NCBI GenBank assembly: GCA_964106915.2 | Contig: OZ066918.1 | Reading direction: 5' to 3' (one strand) | DNA length: 64,000 bases | From: Podarcis gaigeae | Taxonomy: Eukaryota | Part shown: in pieces, positions 50,131 to 63,502 of the stretch | Layout of the letters: each line of letters opens with the position of its first letter | Numbering within the stretch: position 1 is the first letter of the stretch | The notes under the pieces: model-generated | Told to the model about the DNA's origin: nothing | Seen by the model: the letters and a program-made list of their open reading frames with translations, nothing else | Databases searched by the model: none | Position numbers and translations under genes: made by a program

Positions 50131-52943
50131 TGTTTCAGCCCTTCACAGGAACCCTAAAAACCCACATTGCAGCCAAAGTGGTTGAGGAGACTTTTCGCCC
50201 CGTTATGTTTCCAGACGACCTTTTTGCTGATTGCTCATTCCGATCAGTTCCCTGGGAGCTTGAGGGCCTTGCCTCAAGCCATTCCTTCCCCTACTCTTTC
50301 CAGTGTATTTTCCCCTTTCCTCGTATTGTCCTTGTTTTAGGGTGGAATTCAATCAAATACCAACAAATTCAGGTTGCACAAATAAAGTTTCTGTGCTGTT
50401 CTTGCACAACAAATCTGCTCCCCTTTCCCATCCCATGGTTATTTACCCCAAGGAAAGGGGAAACAATTGCTTGACATCTCCATTGAGTGTTCAATAAGCA
50501 GCATATGAGCTCCTCACAAACTTAGTGTGAACAAATCAAGACAAATGCTCAGTAAACTTTTGAAGCAACCGTTGCTGGGAAAAGTCAATAGAGTGCATTT
50601 CCCTGTCATTTTCCTTATTGCAAAAGATTTATGTTTTTCTGAAGAAGCAGGTTTGTTGAGCAAGAGCTCCAGGTCAGCTTCCATTGCGCAACCTGAATTT
50701 GCCAATATGTGATTGTCACTATTTTCACATAGGATTCAATCTGGAAGGACCCTTAGACAAAAAAACATCCCTTCCACATACAATGGTTAACTGTGAAACC
50801 TGCAAGTAGATTGCCATATTGGATGATTGCACATCCATGCATTTCTTACAGATGCACTGAGAAAATTCCCAGCTAATAGTCATGCCACAAAGTGTATTTG
50901 ACTGTCACACGGTAGGCACAGGTCATTTCTCTGGAATTTCCTCAGCAACATGGCATTGACAGGTCTTATCCTCCTTTGCTTCCCTGCCTCACTCCCCTAG
51001 GAGGCCCATCACCACCACTCAGAGAGTGATTCAGAGTAGCAAGAAGCAGGAGGCAGCAGCTGGTTGCAGCTTCCACTGCTTGCTCACCTAAGCAGGCACC
51101 TGCAAGGAGCAGCTATTGCTGCTTTCATTCTTTCTGGGTGGTGCAGTGGGTGCAGTTGGACCCAGAATACCTACTGTGCCACCCAGAGGGATAAAGTATG
51201 GAAGGAGGCAGCATCTGCTGCTTGCCATGGCAGTTGCTACCACCTGTGGTCATTATCTCTGTACAGGGCTCGCTGCATTACCCAGAGGGAATGTGAGTCT
51301 GTGGAGAGTGTGGCATCTGAGCTTCCACACTGCGGAAGTGGTGGTTGCCCCTTGCCATCATCACTCATCTGCTCATTTAACGATCTGAGTGGCAGTGCTG
51401 GGCCCAATCCCCAGTGCCAATGCAGTAGGAAAGGGCAGGCAAGCAAGTGGAGGTGGCTGTTCTCTTGTACTGTCGCTCAGTTACTTGCTTGGGATGGGAT
51501 GGAAGGAGGGGCTGCTGCAGGGTGTACCGTTTTAGCACAGAGAGAGGATCACCCAAGTAGAACTAAGTCTCCTGTGGGACCCTCTCAACAGCAGTGTCTG
51601 TTTTTCCTCAGTGGCAGCTAGTCAGATCGGCGTGACCCATATGAGGCAGCTCTCTTGAGGCTCAGCAGCTGCCTACCTGCTTCAGCCTCTGAAGCTAATT
51701 GATTTTTCATAAAGCATAAAGATTTGAAAAATTAAGTTGGCCATACAGAAGGTTAATCTTTGATTTGTTCACATTGTGCCTTAAGCTTGCGCTTTTTCTG
51801 TGTGCATACATATGTCTGTAATTTTCTGAACAGGCAATGTTTTCTACACAAGTTTCTTGGTAGAGAAGAAAGGAAAATAACACCTACAATAATGGAGTTT
51901 AATTTTGTAACAATATTACCAATTTAAACCCCGGTATCTATGCAAATGGAAGACAGGAGGGTAAAATGTATATGGGACACCATTTTATATCAAGGAATAA
52001 TATATCTGAAAGTGAAACAAGATAAAGGACCTTTAAAACGTCAGTCATATTCAGTAGTTAAAACTAAACACTACGGGAAAATATTTATGTGAAGACTATT
52101 TAGGTGGCATTAAACAAAAAAAGCAGTTCAGTTGGCAGGGGATTGTTTTTAAATTATAGTTTTTTTTCATATTCAGGCTAAGTGGTGATTTAGTGTCTGT
52201 TACACAAAATGAATAGAGGGTGGGAAACTAGGAAGAACAATTTCACAACAATAAAATGAGAGTAGTCAGACTGCAATGTGTAATCCCAAACTATGCCTGA
52301 TTTACTATTGTATTTACTGCAGGTGCACTTTTCCATCTTCTAATTTCACTAGCCTTACTACTACAGTAAGGATTTACACCTCTTTCATCACTTTTACATC
52401 TGCTTGTGCTTTTCGTCTCCTCTTGAACTCATAAATGTTTTTACAGTTCCAAACTCAGGTATGTAGCGTTCCCTTTCATCAACTTCCATTTTGCTTTACA
52501 AGTTTTCTTTATACTTTTGGCCCATTCCATGAAACTATGCTTCCTTCTCATCAAGACCACATATATACTACAGACTTATAAATATTGGCTTCTACTAATT
52601 GTAGTGCTATGGCTTTCCATTAAAAATATTGGGAATTTTAGTTTGGTGAGACTTCTGAGAATTATCTGTTAGAGATAGGATTAGAAAGTCTCAAAAGTGT
52701 CTGTAATTTCATGGTATTTTTTTTTATTTGTTGCTTTTTTTGCCATGGCAATTCATAGTGACTTTTAAGCAAAACAAGCAAGCATACACAAACATACATT
52801 AAAACCAGCAGTAAAAAACCAACAATCTAAACAATCTAGAAGACAATTTTACTTTTTAAAAACTAGTTTAAATATCCTATCCACACAAAAAGGCCATAGA
52901 TAATTAAAAGACAAAGGCTTTATGAAAATGTAACAATTTCAAG

Positions 52944-53126
52944 ACAAAAAAAATTCCTTCCAGTAGCACCTTAAAGACCAACTAAGTCAGTTCTTGGTAT
53001 GAGCTTTCGTGTGCATGCACACGAAAGCTCATACCAAGAACTGACTTAGTTGGTCTTTAAGGTGCTACTGGAAGGAATTTTTTTTGTTTTGACTATGGCA
53101 GACCAACACGGCTACCTATCTGTAAC
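52944..53126 (+). mobile_element. Penelope-like element fragment with 5' inverted duplication (144-bp perfect palindrome)
   Basis: 15-bp TSD TGTAACAATTTCAAG (52929-52943, 53127-53141). 52944-53015 is the exact reverse complement of 53016-53087. Confidence 0.85.
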
Positions 53127-55867
53127 TGTAACAATTTCAAGGTTAAGGAGCAAAAACAAGGTAGCAAAACAGTGTCCTGTCCCAGACTATTCCTGGTTCT
53201 AAAGTTTCAAATCAATTGCTCTTTTTTCTTGTATGTTTTGCCAGCCTTAGGATATTTTCCCCTGTTTCTGAAGGAACAAGAGGTAAATTACCTGCACTGG
53301 AAATCATTTAGGAAAACTTGGGATCTTCTATATATAAAAAATGGTGCAAGGTTACGCATACACATATACAATGTCCAACTTTGTGCTCCCACACTTTGCC
53401 CTCTGAAAACCATATAGTTAGAGAACCATAGGCTCCTCCCATACAGCACCCTATAGAAAACCTATCATTCCAAGGGTTTCAGAAAACGGAAAATGTCCAG
53501 TTCAAGTGTGCTGTAGATTTGCCCCCCTTCTCCTACCATGTTTTTAAGCAGGTGAAATCATTTCTTAATTTTTGCTTTTGAACCTGGCAATCCATATTGG
53601 GCTTTGAGATGAAAAGGAAAGGTCTGAATTATTCAAATGCTTTTGATTCCTTAAATGCCAGCCGTGTTGCAAGCTATGAAAAATGGGAGGTTGATAGGAT
53701 CTAAACAAGAGCCTGGAAGAGTCGGAGCAACAAAGAACCATGGCTGCACAACCCAATCCTATATGATTGTCTTGTGTCATAGTAAGCCAAAATGTATTTT
53801 AGACTTCAGTTTATTCTCAGATTTTAAAATGTCTACTCTTTTGTGAAATATGCCCTGCCTATTTCCAACTGCCCTGTCTCCTATAGACATTCACACCTGT
53901 ACAAGAAGTGTGTACAGCGGCTGTAAAAATACAATAACCACTCTGAATAAGTGGAAAATTCCAATTACACACAGTTTACATCCACTTGGCTGAAGTGAAA
54001 ATGATTTTGCCACATGCAAAAACAATGGAAGAAAAGAACAGCAAAATATAGTCGTTCACAAAACCTTTGCCACTAGCTCTTCTAAAGAATTACTTTAATT
54101 CAATGTTTTTCTTCAGTGGTATTTTTAGGCAATTTTCCAATTAATTTTAAAAGTTTCAAACTATTCAGGTTATGCTTCCTGAATAATCAGCTTATACTAT
54201 AACAGAACTTGCGTGTCAGTTTGTTTATTAGTTAAACTGCTATTTAATGCTCTAAATTTAAGGGCCCAGTACAACCATCCAAGACAGGCTCCCTCCATCA
54301 CACATACCACAGTCCCATGCTATTAATACAATATCACAACTCATGCAATAAAAGTTTACATTCTAATTCTGAAATTGCATTTGCCATATGTTTGAAATTA
54401 CACTCTGATCCACACTGGGATTTTTCTACCATGCCCCGCAAACACACACATCCTGTCTGCTACTTTTGTTTAACATAACAACTGGCTTGAAGAAACATTC
54501 TGCTATTTAGTAACTTTTTGACTGGTATTCATAAAATTAATATCCTTTCACTGTTTTTATTTTTTTTATTCTAGTTTACTAACACAACACCAAACATTCC
54601 ATAAACAGATCAATTCATTTTAAAGTTTATTTTTAATTACAAAAACATCATCTCCCCAAAATTGATTTCTTGCAAGTTCACACTCAATAGACAAAATAGT
54701 TAGGAGGTTTAACCATTCTTGCCCCCTTTCAGTGAAAGGTAGTTGTTGCTGTATTTTGTAACTTACTGTAAATGAGGGTAGTTCATCCTCCTTTCCAAAA
54801 TTACGGTAGTTTCTTGCCCTCCAGATGCAACAATTCACAAAGAAAATTATGAGATACTTGTGAATAGATATTTAATCACTTTTTAATTTACTTATATTTT
54901 GAGCATGCAAGTGTTACAAGCAGCACTGACTCCAACTGTTCCTGGGATTAATGGCCCTGATTATTATAGGGCTTTGCTCCTCCCTCCTGTCTCTGTGGCT
55001 GAAACTTCTTGAGTGAGCACGTCCAGATGAAAAATGCAAATATTTCTGGGTGGTATTTAACTAAGTTTTACACAGAATAGGCCCATTTAAATCAATGGAC
55101 CTAACTTAGTCATGTTCATTAATTTCAGTGGGCCTACTCTGAGTAAACTTCATTGACTACAAGTTCTGCTTATAGACGTGGGCTTGGGTGAGCAACTAGC
55201 ACACTGATCTGAATGTTGCTTGTTCTGCTATAACATTCCTGTTTGGCCCCACAAATCCTGTTTGGCGCAGTAAAATCCAATAAAAATAATTTTAAAATAA
55301 TAATTGTGAATTAGGAGCATATTATGTTTTGCTCAGTTTCTTTTCTTTTAGCTTTAGTGGTGAACAGTTGCTGTTTCAGAATTAAGAAGGGAACAGAAAA
55401 TAGTCACTCATTACATGGGGCAGTATTTTGGGATCCAAGAGCATGTGTAAACATCAAAGGTATGGTAAGTTTCACACTGCAGTCTTTTCTAAACTTTCAG
55501 AATGTAGATCAAGGATTATGCTGTCACCAGCTTTAGGTGGTGGGTAAGGCAGTAATATCCCTTCACTATACATGCAAAAGACAATATTACTTTAGCAAAT
55601 GCTTTCTTGAATCAGTTACAGTGTGTGGCTTTCATCAGCTGACTAAGCCTCTCTGTTGGAAAGTTTCCCCTATCACATGATAACCTGGACAAATGTGGAA
55701 TCTGTGGAAGTTTGTGTGATGGTCTTGTCTCTGTAAAATACCATTTTACTCCACTGTAAATCTTCACCTGCTTGAGTCTTGATGACACATAACTACAATT
55801 TTAGGGTTTCAATCAATTTTGAATTGTCACTGTTGTAACTTTGATTGGGATGATATAATCTTTTCAA

Positions 55868-56005
55868 GTGCTTTCAAACTGCTAGGTGGGCAGGAGCTGG
55901 GACCAAACAATGGGAGCTCACCCTGTCATGTGGATTCGAACCACGGACCTTCTGATCGGCAAGCCTTAGGCTCTGTGGTTTAGACCACAGCGCCACCCGC
56001 ATCCC
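55868..56005 (-). mobile_element. Sauria SINE 5' portion (3'-truncated)
   Basis: Reverse complement of the first roughly 140 nt of the other copies. Confidence 0.85.
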
Positions 56006-56956
56006 AGTTTCACCTTCTAAAAACACTAACAGCATTTATACACTACCATTATACAGTAGCACTCTGAGATATAAACTAGTTTCATTTCTCTTTGTGCTGT
56101 AAGATAGCCATGTTTTTATTTACTACTCATATAGCAGCATCAATGTGCATGGTGCCATTCATGGTTCAAGAGGGCCTAGCCCTGAGAAATCCACAATCTA
56201 AAAATTGACACGGGGACACAACAGAGGAAGTGGGGAAAGTACTGTACAGGGCAGATCAATTCAAAGCAGACTTTTGTGAGGGAATGAGGAGATAATCTTT
56301 TGCTCTAGGGAACAGATCAGCTTTGGAACCAGCAGATGCATGGCTGGCTCTGCTCCACTCCCAGTTCATAACAATCTGCCTTGAGTCTCTTTGTTTGCTA
56401 CCACCAGCAGTCCTATCGACTGCAATTTATGTGATCGCAGAAGGAGCCTCCACAACATTAAAGCCCCCCTCCTGGCAGAGGGCATTGGACATGCACATCT
56501 GCTGTACCCTAAGCCCCTTCAGCAGCAAAGACGAGGAAGGTAGAAACACTCTTGTACTAACTAGGCTGTAACATTATTTATAATACTAAAAAGTATTGGA
56601 GTTATTATAGAAATGTTTAATAGTTATTGTACAGCATATTTTCATACTCATACGGGATTCCTAGAATGGGTTTTGCACATTAGCCTTTCTAGCTGTTTAA
56701 ACAATGAAAGGAGAGGTTATGTGGCATCCGTTGTGATTTATTTTTACCGGATGATCAGTGGAGAAACAAGATATGCATGACATGCATTGCCTTGGCCTTC
56801 ACTTTCCTTTGATGATTAGGACAGAATTTTAATTATGGTGCATGCGGATTTGTGTAAGTCACTTGAAATAACAAGCACTGCATATCAAAACAAAAATGTC
56901 GTTTTCAAATTCTGCAGCTCGTGGATGCAAAATTACAATTAAAACAGCAACAACTG

Positions 56957-57000
<44 letters not shown>

Positions 57001-57495
57001 TTATTATTTATACCCCGCCCATCTGGCTGGGCTTCTCCAGCCACTCTGGGGGGCTTCCAACAAAATATTAAAATACAGTAATGCATCAAACATTAAAAGC
57101 TTCCCTAAACAGGGCTGCCTTCAGGTGTCTTCTAAAAGTCTGGTAGTTGTTGTTCTCTTTGACATCTGGTGGGAGGGCATTCCACAGAGCAGGTGCCACT
57201 ACTGAGAAGGCTCTCTGCCTGCTTCCCTGTAACTTGGCTTCTCACAGTGAGGGAACCGCCAGAAGGCCCTCGGCGCTGGACCTCAGTGTCTGGGTAGAAC
57301 GATGGGGGTGGAGACGCTCCTTCAGATATACTGGACTGAGGCCATTTAGGGTTTTAAAGGTCAGCACCAACACTTTGAATTGTGTTCAGAAACATACTGG
57401 GAGCCAGTGTAGGTCTTTCAAGACCGGTGTTATGTGGTCTCGGTGGCCAATCCCAGTCACCAGTCTAGCTGCTACATTCTAGATTAGTTGTAGTT
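56957..57495 (-). mobile_element. L2 LINE 3' fragment with (TAT)n tail
   Basis: Minus strand encodes decayed LHWLPVCF..QFKVLVLTFKTLNGLSPVYLKERL...AFSVVAPALWNALP, the L2 ORF2 C-terminus. (AAT)n tail at 56957-57000. Confidence 0.85.
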
Positions 57496-58244
57496 ATAAA
57501 GATTGCACATCAGTGGCAGCCTTCACCAAAGTGTAATAGTAAAATATGCATATTGTCAATAAAGAAATAAGTTGCCATAGCTCGGACCGTCTGGTAAGTC
57601 AGCTTTTTTGCATGTATAAGTGACAGTAGAGTATTTGATTGCAAAATAACCAGCAGGTTCAGCGCAAGACTCATGGATGCTGTGGTATATCTTTCCTAAA
57701 TCTTGCACTGCCACCATAAAGGTCTAAATATTTAAGTAGAAGAAGCATATTGGAACATATTTACCTCTGTTTTAGCTTGGGTATGTCCTCTATTTTTAAG
57801 GGAATAAGAACAGAGGAAGAGCCCTTTTAGATCGCACTTAAAATAAAGGCTGCAGTCCTATGCACACTTACCTTAGGTTCAACCTCATTGGCTTCATTTT
57901 AGTGCTAGTCCAGAATCCTCCTTCCCTCGTGGTCAACAGTTGTCTCCCAAAACTCACAAGTAAAGTATGAAGGGGTCACCCCAGATATAACTGGAAGAAA
58001 GTTTCTCATTGTTGCTTACAAGCTTGGGATTTGCACTCTGCCCACACTCTGGAGCTAACTTACTTTAAACCACCTTTTAAACATTGTTTTGGTGAGGTAA
58101 TCCCAGTCTAGAACGCAGACTGGTCACCTCTTCAGATGCAAATGCATTGTCCTTTATCATTCCATGGGCTACTGAACTGGAAACATGTAACCAATGCCTA
58201 ACTCCAGCCAGAAACATCTGGGAAAGAAATTGTTTTATTTTATT

Positions 58245-58882
58245 TTTGTTGTTGTTGTTGTTGTTATACAGTTATTTATACTTCACCTTTTTTCCTGACA
58301 AAATTCAAAGCAGTTTACAGATAAAACCCACTAAAAATACAGTCATACCTCGAGTTAAATGTGCTTCGGGTTGAGTGCGTTTGAGTTGCGCTCCGCAGCA
58401 ACCCGGAAGTAAAGGAGCATGTTACTTCCGGGTTTCGCCACTCGCGCATGCGCAGATGCTCAAAATGATGTCCCGTTCACATCCCGAGGTACCACTGTAT
58501 AGAAAAATCAATCATTAAAATACAATTAAACATTGTATTTTAATGTTTTAAAAATACGAATAATTACATAAAAACAGCACAGCACCAGTCCTTTCACTAT
58601 AGCAGTCAGTTCCCAAAGGCCTTTTGGAAAAGAAAGTCTTCATCTGCCAGTTGAAGGACAACTAGGAGGGAGCCAGTCTAGCTTCTCCAAAGAGGCAGTT
58701 CCAGAGTTTGGGAGCAGCCACTGAGAAGACCCTATCCCATGTCCGCACCAAGCAGGCCTGTGAGGGTAGTAGGACTGAGAGGGCATCCCTGAAGATCTCA
58801 AAACCTGGGCAGGTTCTCATATGCAGGAATATGGTGTTTCAGATAGCTTGGACCTACAGCACTTTGAATTGTGCCCAGAAAC
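58245..58882 (-). mobile_element. Older L2 3' fragment interrupted by a family C MITE
   Basis: GTTCCAGAGTTTGGGAGCAGCCACTGAGAAG and CAGCACTTTGAATTGTGCCCAGAAACA parallel the L2 copy at 57.2-57.4 kb. Confidence 0.65.
58340..58497 (+). mobile_element. MITE family C, copy 2
   Basis: CAGTCATACCTCG...CGAGGTACCACTG with TA flanks; shares the ACCCGGAA...TTACTTCCGGGTTTC..GCGCATGCGCA core with copy 1. Confidence 0.8.
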
Positions 58883-59027
58883 AGCTGAAATATGTATATT
58901 TTATTGCTACTTATTATTTGGCATTTTTAGTACTGTTATGTTTGAAACCCATCCGTGCTATAGACGAGTGCCTATATAAAATGAATAAATAAACATATGA
59001 GGCCAAGGTTTTTCTGCATTATATATA

Positions 59028-59716
59028 CAGTGGTACCTCGGGTTACATATGCTTCAGGTTACATATGCTTCAGGTTTCAGACTCTGCTAACCCAGAAATA
59101 GTACCTTGGGTTAAGAACTTTGCTTCAGTGTAACGGCAGCCAGAATCCTGTTGGCCCAGAAGTGGAAACAAGAGGAGACACCGACGACAGAAGAATGGAG
59201 ATTAAAATTGATAGACTATGCGGAACTGGACAAATTAACTGGGAAAATCAGATTTACCAAAGACCAAAAGTTCACCGAGGACTGGGAAAAATTGGTGGAT
59301 TATCTGAAAAACATATGTGGTATAAACACAACGTTAGTGGGATTTCAAGAGGCACTGTAAAAAAACAAATAAGTATTGTTTATTAAAAATAATGGGAGTA
59401 AGGAGGAATAATGGCAATATGAAAAAAGGGAATGCGTATCAAAGGTATAAATGTGGATGATTGTCAGAGGCGCTGAAGGAAGTTCAAAACAGGTATAATT
59501 TGTTGTATTCGGTTTAAAATGTATAACTGAATGAAAATAAAATTTATATATATAAAAAAAAGAACTTTGCTTCAGGATGAGAACAGAAATCGTGCTCCGG
59601 CAGCGCAACAGCAGCAGGAGGCCCCATTCGGTAAAGTGGTGCTTCAGGTTAAGAACAGTTTCAGGTTAAGTACGGACCTCCGGAACGAATTAAGTACGTA
59701 ACCAGAGGTACCACTG
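59028..59716 (+). mobile_element. MITE family B, copy 6, split by an L1 insertion
   Basis: Left part 59028-59128 and right part 59560-59716; TIRs and TA TSD retained. Confidence 0.9.
59129..59559 (+). mobile_element. 5'-truncated L1/Tx1-clade LINE (ORF2 C-terminus, 3' UTR, short poly-A)
   Basis: Open frame VTAARILLAQKWKQEETPTTEEWRLKLIDYAELDKLTGKIR...WEKLVDYLK to stop at 59360, AATAAA and A-tail, perfect 16-bp TSD AAGAACTTTGCTTCAG (59113-59128, 59560-59575). Confidence 0.88.
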
Positions 59717-59718
59717 TA

Positions 59719-60026
59719 TAATAATAATAATGATGATGATGATGATGATGTATTTACACCCCGCTCATCTGGCTGAGCTTCCCCAGCCACTCTGGGCGGT
59801 TCCCAATCAAGTGTTAAAAACAGTACAGTGTTAAGTATTAAAAACTTCCCTGAACAGGGCTGCCTTCAGATGTCTTTTAAAGATAGGATAACTGCTTATT
59901 TCCTTCACATCTGAAGGGAGGGTGTTCCACAGGGTGGGCACCACTACCAAGAAGGCCCTCTGTCTGGTTCCCTGTAACCTCACTTCTCGCAATGAGGGAA
60001 CCCCCAGAAGGCCCTCGGCGCTGGAT
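59719..60026 (-). mobile_element. L2 LINE 3' fragment with (TAT)/(CAT)n tail
   Basis: ORF 59831-60082 includes SSAEGLLGVPSLREVRLQGTRQRAFLVVVPTLWNTLP...FKRHLKAALFREVF. Confidence 0.85.
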
Positions 60027-60287
60027 GCTAAATCTGCAATCCACAGATCTCTAGCAACTGCTGGCGCAGAGTCAGGCTCCAATGAAGGAGCCTGCTGTGG
60101 GAGCGCCTATTTGCACCCCCTCTCAAAATTGGGCCCAAGACCACGGCACCCACAGCACCCCTCTGCTTGCTGCCCATTCCAAATTGCCCAGCTGAAGCCT
60201 TCTGAGAGGGGTAGTTGATTGCAGACCTGTTTGCTCTGCTTTGCTCCTGTTGTTTGCAATCTGTAGCTCATTCCCCCCCCCCCATGC

Positions 60288-60580
60288 AGTGGCATAGCTC
60301 AGGCCCCTGGAGCATCACATGCGCAAGGTAAGCCACCCACTGGGTGGGGCAAACTGGGGCAGGGCGCACTGCATCGAGCCTCGCCACTGCCCCCCCAGCT
60401 GTAGGGTGGCTGAGGGAGAGGCAGCGGATGGATGCAAGCCCCATGCTGCCATTTTGGGCAGCGTGGCGCCTGCAGGTGCCCGAGCCACCGTGTCACATAG
60501 CCCGTAGCCATTTTGTCATCCCCTTCAGGGATGATACCCAGGCGGTCCGCACCCACTGCACCCTCCTTCATACGCCACTT
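60288..60580. mobile_element. GC-rich hAT-like non-autonomous element
   Basis: Approximate termini CAGTGGCATAG / ATACGCCACT; GC-rich island in AT-rich context. Confidence 0.45.
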
Positions 60581-61126
60581 GGGAAGATGCATTGGAAATA
60601 TTTTACCACAGGAAAATCTAGTTATTTGAAAATCTAGCCGCAAAGTTCACCAGTGAATCTAACCTTCCTTGAGGTCCATGCGCATTTGCTTCTGAGCTAG
60701 GCTTTGGATACTTATGCTGCTGCAGATCCATCTGCTTTCATTTTTGTAAGAACCATATATGGATTTGAAGACATAAACACACAAAAGGTATCACCGAGCA
60801 GTCATTAGCACACCGCATGGCCATGATGTTGAAATGTTTCTTATTTTCATTCCCTAGTACTAAGCGCTAATGCTTCAAAAACTTTGCAACAAGAGCCTGA
60901 CTATTAGTGTGCCAACAGGAGCCTGGAACTGCTGTAGGTTAACAAAACATGAGTCTGATGATAATCCTCACACCGAATTTCAACAGTGGAGTATTTCATG
61001 TCATAATTCCCAGTGCACAGGGATAAACCCCTTCTGAAAAGGTTAATGCAGACAACAATCTTTCCAATGTTGTGTGTTGCTGTTTGTAGTCCCGCCCACA
61101 CACCTAATAGACCAAGCAGCACAAAG

Positions 61127-61149
61127 TGTGTGTGTGTGTGTGTGTGTGT
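61127..61149. repeat. (TG)n microsatellite
   Basis: Directly visible. Confidence 0.95.
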
Positions 61150-63319
61150 ACGTATATGCACACACAATCATACAGGGAAGCTTATAGTACCAAAGCATGA
61201 TTCTAGAGAAGATCAAAAGTAAATGAAAGATACTTTGACGTTTCATTTTCATATGAAACAATGGTATGGAAGAAAGTTTGCATGCTAGTTTTACAAAACT
61301 AAAAGCAGTTGACTCCCGTCACATGCATTATTATCAGACTCTGCTAGTGATAACAGTCATCTTATTTTAAGCATAAAATCTCATTATTGAGATGTTTGGG
61401 GCTTAGTGTTCTAAATCAGTTCAGAAGATGTCAGACGTTTCTTTTTGAGTAAAGGTGAAGCTGTTGCCATATCCAGATTAATTGAAGATGGAGCTCAGCA
61501 TTTATAACTGCTATTATTCATTTTAAACTCCAGGGGAACATCCATTAACACACATTACGGACTTGATCTAAGAAAATTGAACTTAGATCCTATTGAAATC
61601 AATGGGATGAGTTAGTCATTACCTAAATTCCATGGATTTCTATGAGAGCTAAATTCAATAAATTTAGCTTGAAAACCTATACACATCTGGGAATAAGTCC
61701 CATTGAACTCAACGATGCTTACTTCTGAGTACAGATTAACAGACTTGCACACTTAGTCTGTCTCCAACTCTATATGTATAGCTTAGATATGGTTTCCAAA
61801 CAGAGTGGGTATTGGTTTCATGTGAAGACACTTAGAATAATTTTGGCATGTTTTCTGATATGCAAACAGTGTTAGTCATAAAACTAGAATGCTGTATTTG
61901 GGGAAGTCAGCAAGCAGTGATTTTGAAACTAACCATCCTGTGGTATTCGAAGACATCACCAAGATGTTAACTAATACACACAGCACAGCCTTGTGAATAT
62001 TTTTACATAGGGTGTGGCTGCCAAAGCAACTGCAGAGACTTAATTAAGGCACTTCCTTAGAAGGGATGAAAGGCGAAAATGCTTGCCAACAAATACAGCT
62101 CTGTCATGGACGCATCAGTCAAAATGATTTGTGGATTGCTTGGCTTGTAAAAGTTTTATTGCAATTTGCTGTCCGGAAAGTCTCATGTGACTTTTTTTTT
62201 TAAAGTTGATTTAAGAAATGAAATCTATTTTATAGTTGTAAGAGCAAGTCACACTTCCTAACTGAATACTGATAATCCCCATTAAGTGAGGCAGCACACT
62301 TGTTTTAACCCATCACTCTCTTAAATTATTGTTGCTTCAGAGCCTTCAATAAGATGGTACAAACCAGTCAAAGCATTTCTGGTGGATTATTGCATTTGCA
62401 GGGGGTTGAAAGTACTTGGCCTTCAGCCTCATGTCTTACAACGTGTCTGAGGCCTCAGATAATCCTCCAGAAATACACTACCCATTGAGTTACTACTTCA
62501 TTAGAGACATACTTCATCTCTGTCTGCTTTCCAAATAGCTTTCAAACATCTACTAGCTGAATGGTAAAACCACAGAAACACAGGTGTTACAGAGCACATG
62601 TTAGAGTAAAAGAATTATAGTAAAAACAAATTGTGAAGGCCCATGAGTCTGTGGTAGTGCTAACAGCAGCAACAAATATGTCTGCAAAAAGGAAGCCACA
62701 TTTAATGTCTGGCTTTTTCGTTAGCTTATAAAAAGGGAAACATCAGAAACAGAATTTCTGTTTGTGCCTGAAGGTGAAGTTTCTATAGCAATTGCTACTT
62801 TTGAATAAGTATGTTTGATTAAGTTATTTAGACAGTGTGGGGAAAATACTACCAACTGGTAATAAATAATGATTGCTCATTTATACATAAAAAACACATC
62901 CTGATAGGCTGATTTGTCCAATCCTAATTGCATGCCTGCGCAGACAGGCACAGATCATAATTATGTAGATTCACAGACTCAGAAGTAAGTCTTAGTGAAT
63001 TACATGGGGCTTACTCCCAGGTAAATGGAGTTAGGACTGTAGTGTTGCATGAAGTGCAAGCTCTCATCATAGAGTCTGTATTGCATGTGTATTTGATGTA
63101 CATTATCTTGCATGTATTCTTTACTACTATCATGTCTTTCCATATGTGAAAAAGACCAGGCTATTATCATCCTGTACAGCAAACAGGCAGCGTGGGTGGG
63201 TATTGTTTTTGTTTGTTACTATATTATGTGTTTTTGTGTTTTTATATTGTAAACTGCCCTGTGATCCTCAGATGAAGGGCAGTATAGACATTTATTAAAT
63301 CAGCATCTGTAGTGCATGG

Positions 63320-63502
63320 ATAGGGACTTTCAGTTCTTAGAATGAACTAGTTCAATTGAATGAAGTTCACTGAACTAGTTCAGAACTCTCTGAACTGCAC
63401 CTGAGTTCCCATAAGTGCCAGATGAATGAAAGGTGAAATAAGTTCATTTGGGGGTCGAACTCTGAATATTTTCTAGTTCATCTTCATGTTCATCCAACCC
63501 TG
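63320..63502. repeat. Decayed DNA-transposon-like element with repeated (T)GAACTAGTTCA palindromes
   Basis: Several GAACT/AGTTC motifs between TAGGG and CCCTG ends. Confidence 0.45.

Noticed and set aside
49174-50474. Many long overlapping ORFs on both strands (179, 167, 173, 142 aa etc.)
   Set aside because: Expected from stop-codon scarcity in a CpG island. None resembles a known protein; the real frame is the short RBM20 exon.
51064-51621. 185-aa Cys/Ala-rich ORF
   Set aside because: Non-ATG start, lies in a GC-rich decayed repeat-like block with internal inverted segments, no recognisable domain.
60753-60762. Isolated perfect CArG boxes (also 5991, 29353, 41083) and MEF2-like TTAAAAATAG (19741, 32996, 36176)
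   Set aside because: About five CArG matches are expected by chance in 64 kb at this base composition, and these lack supporting clusters.
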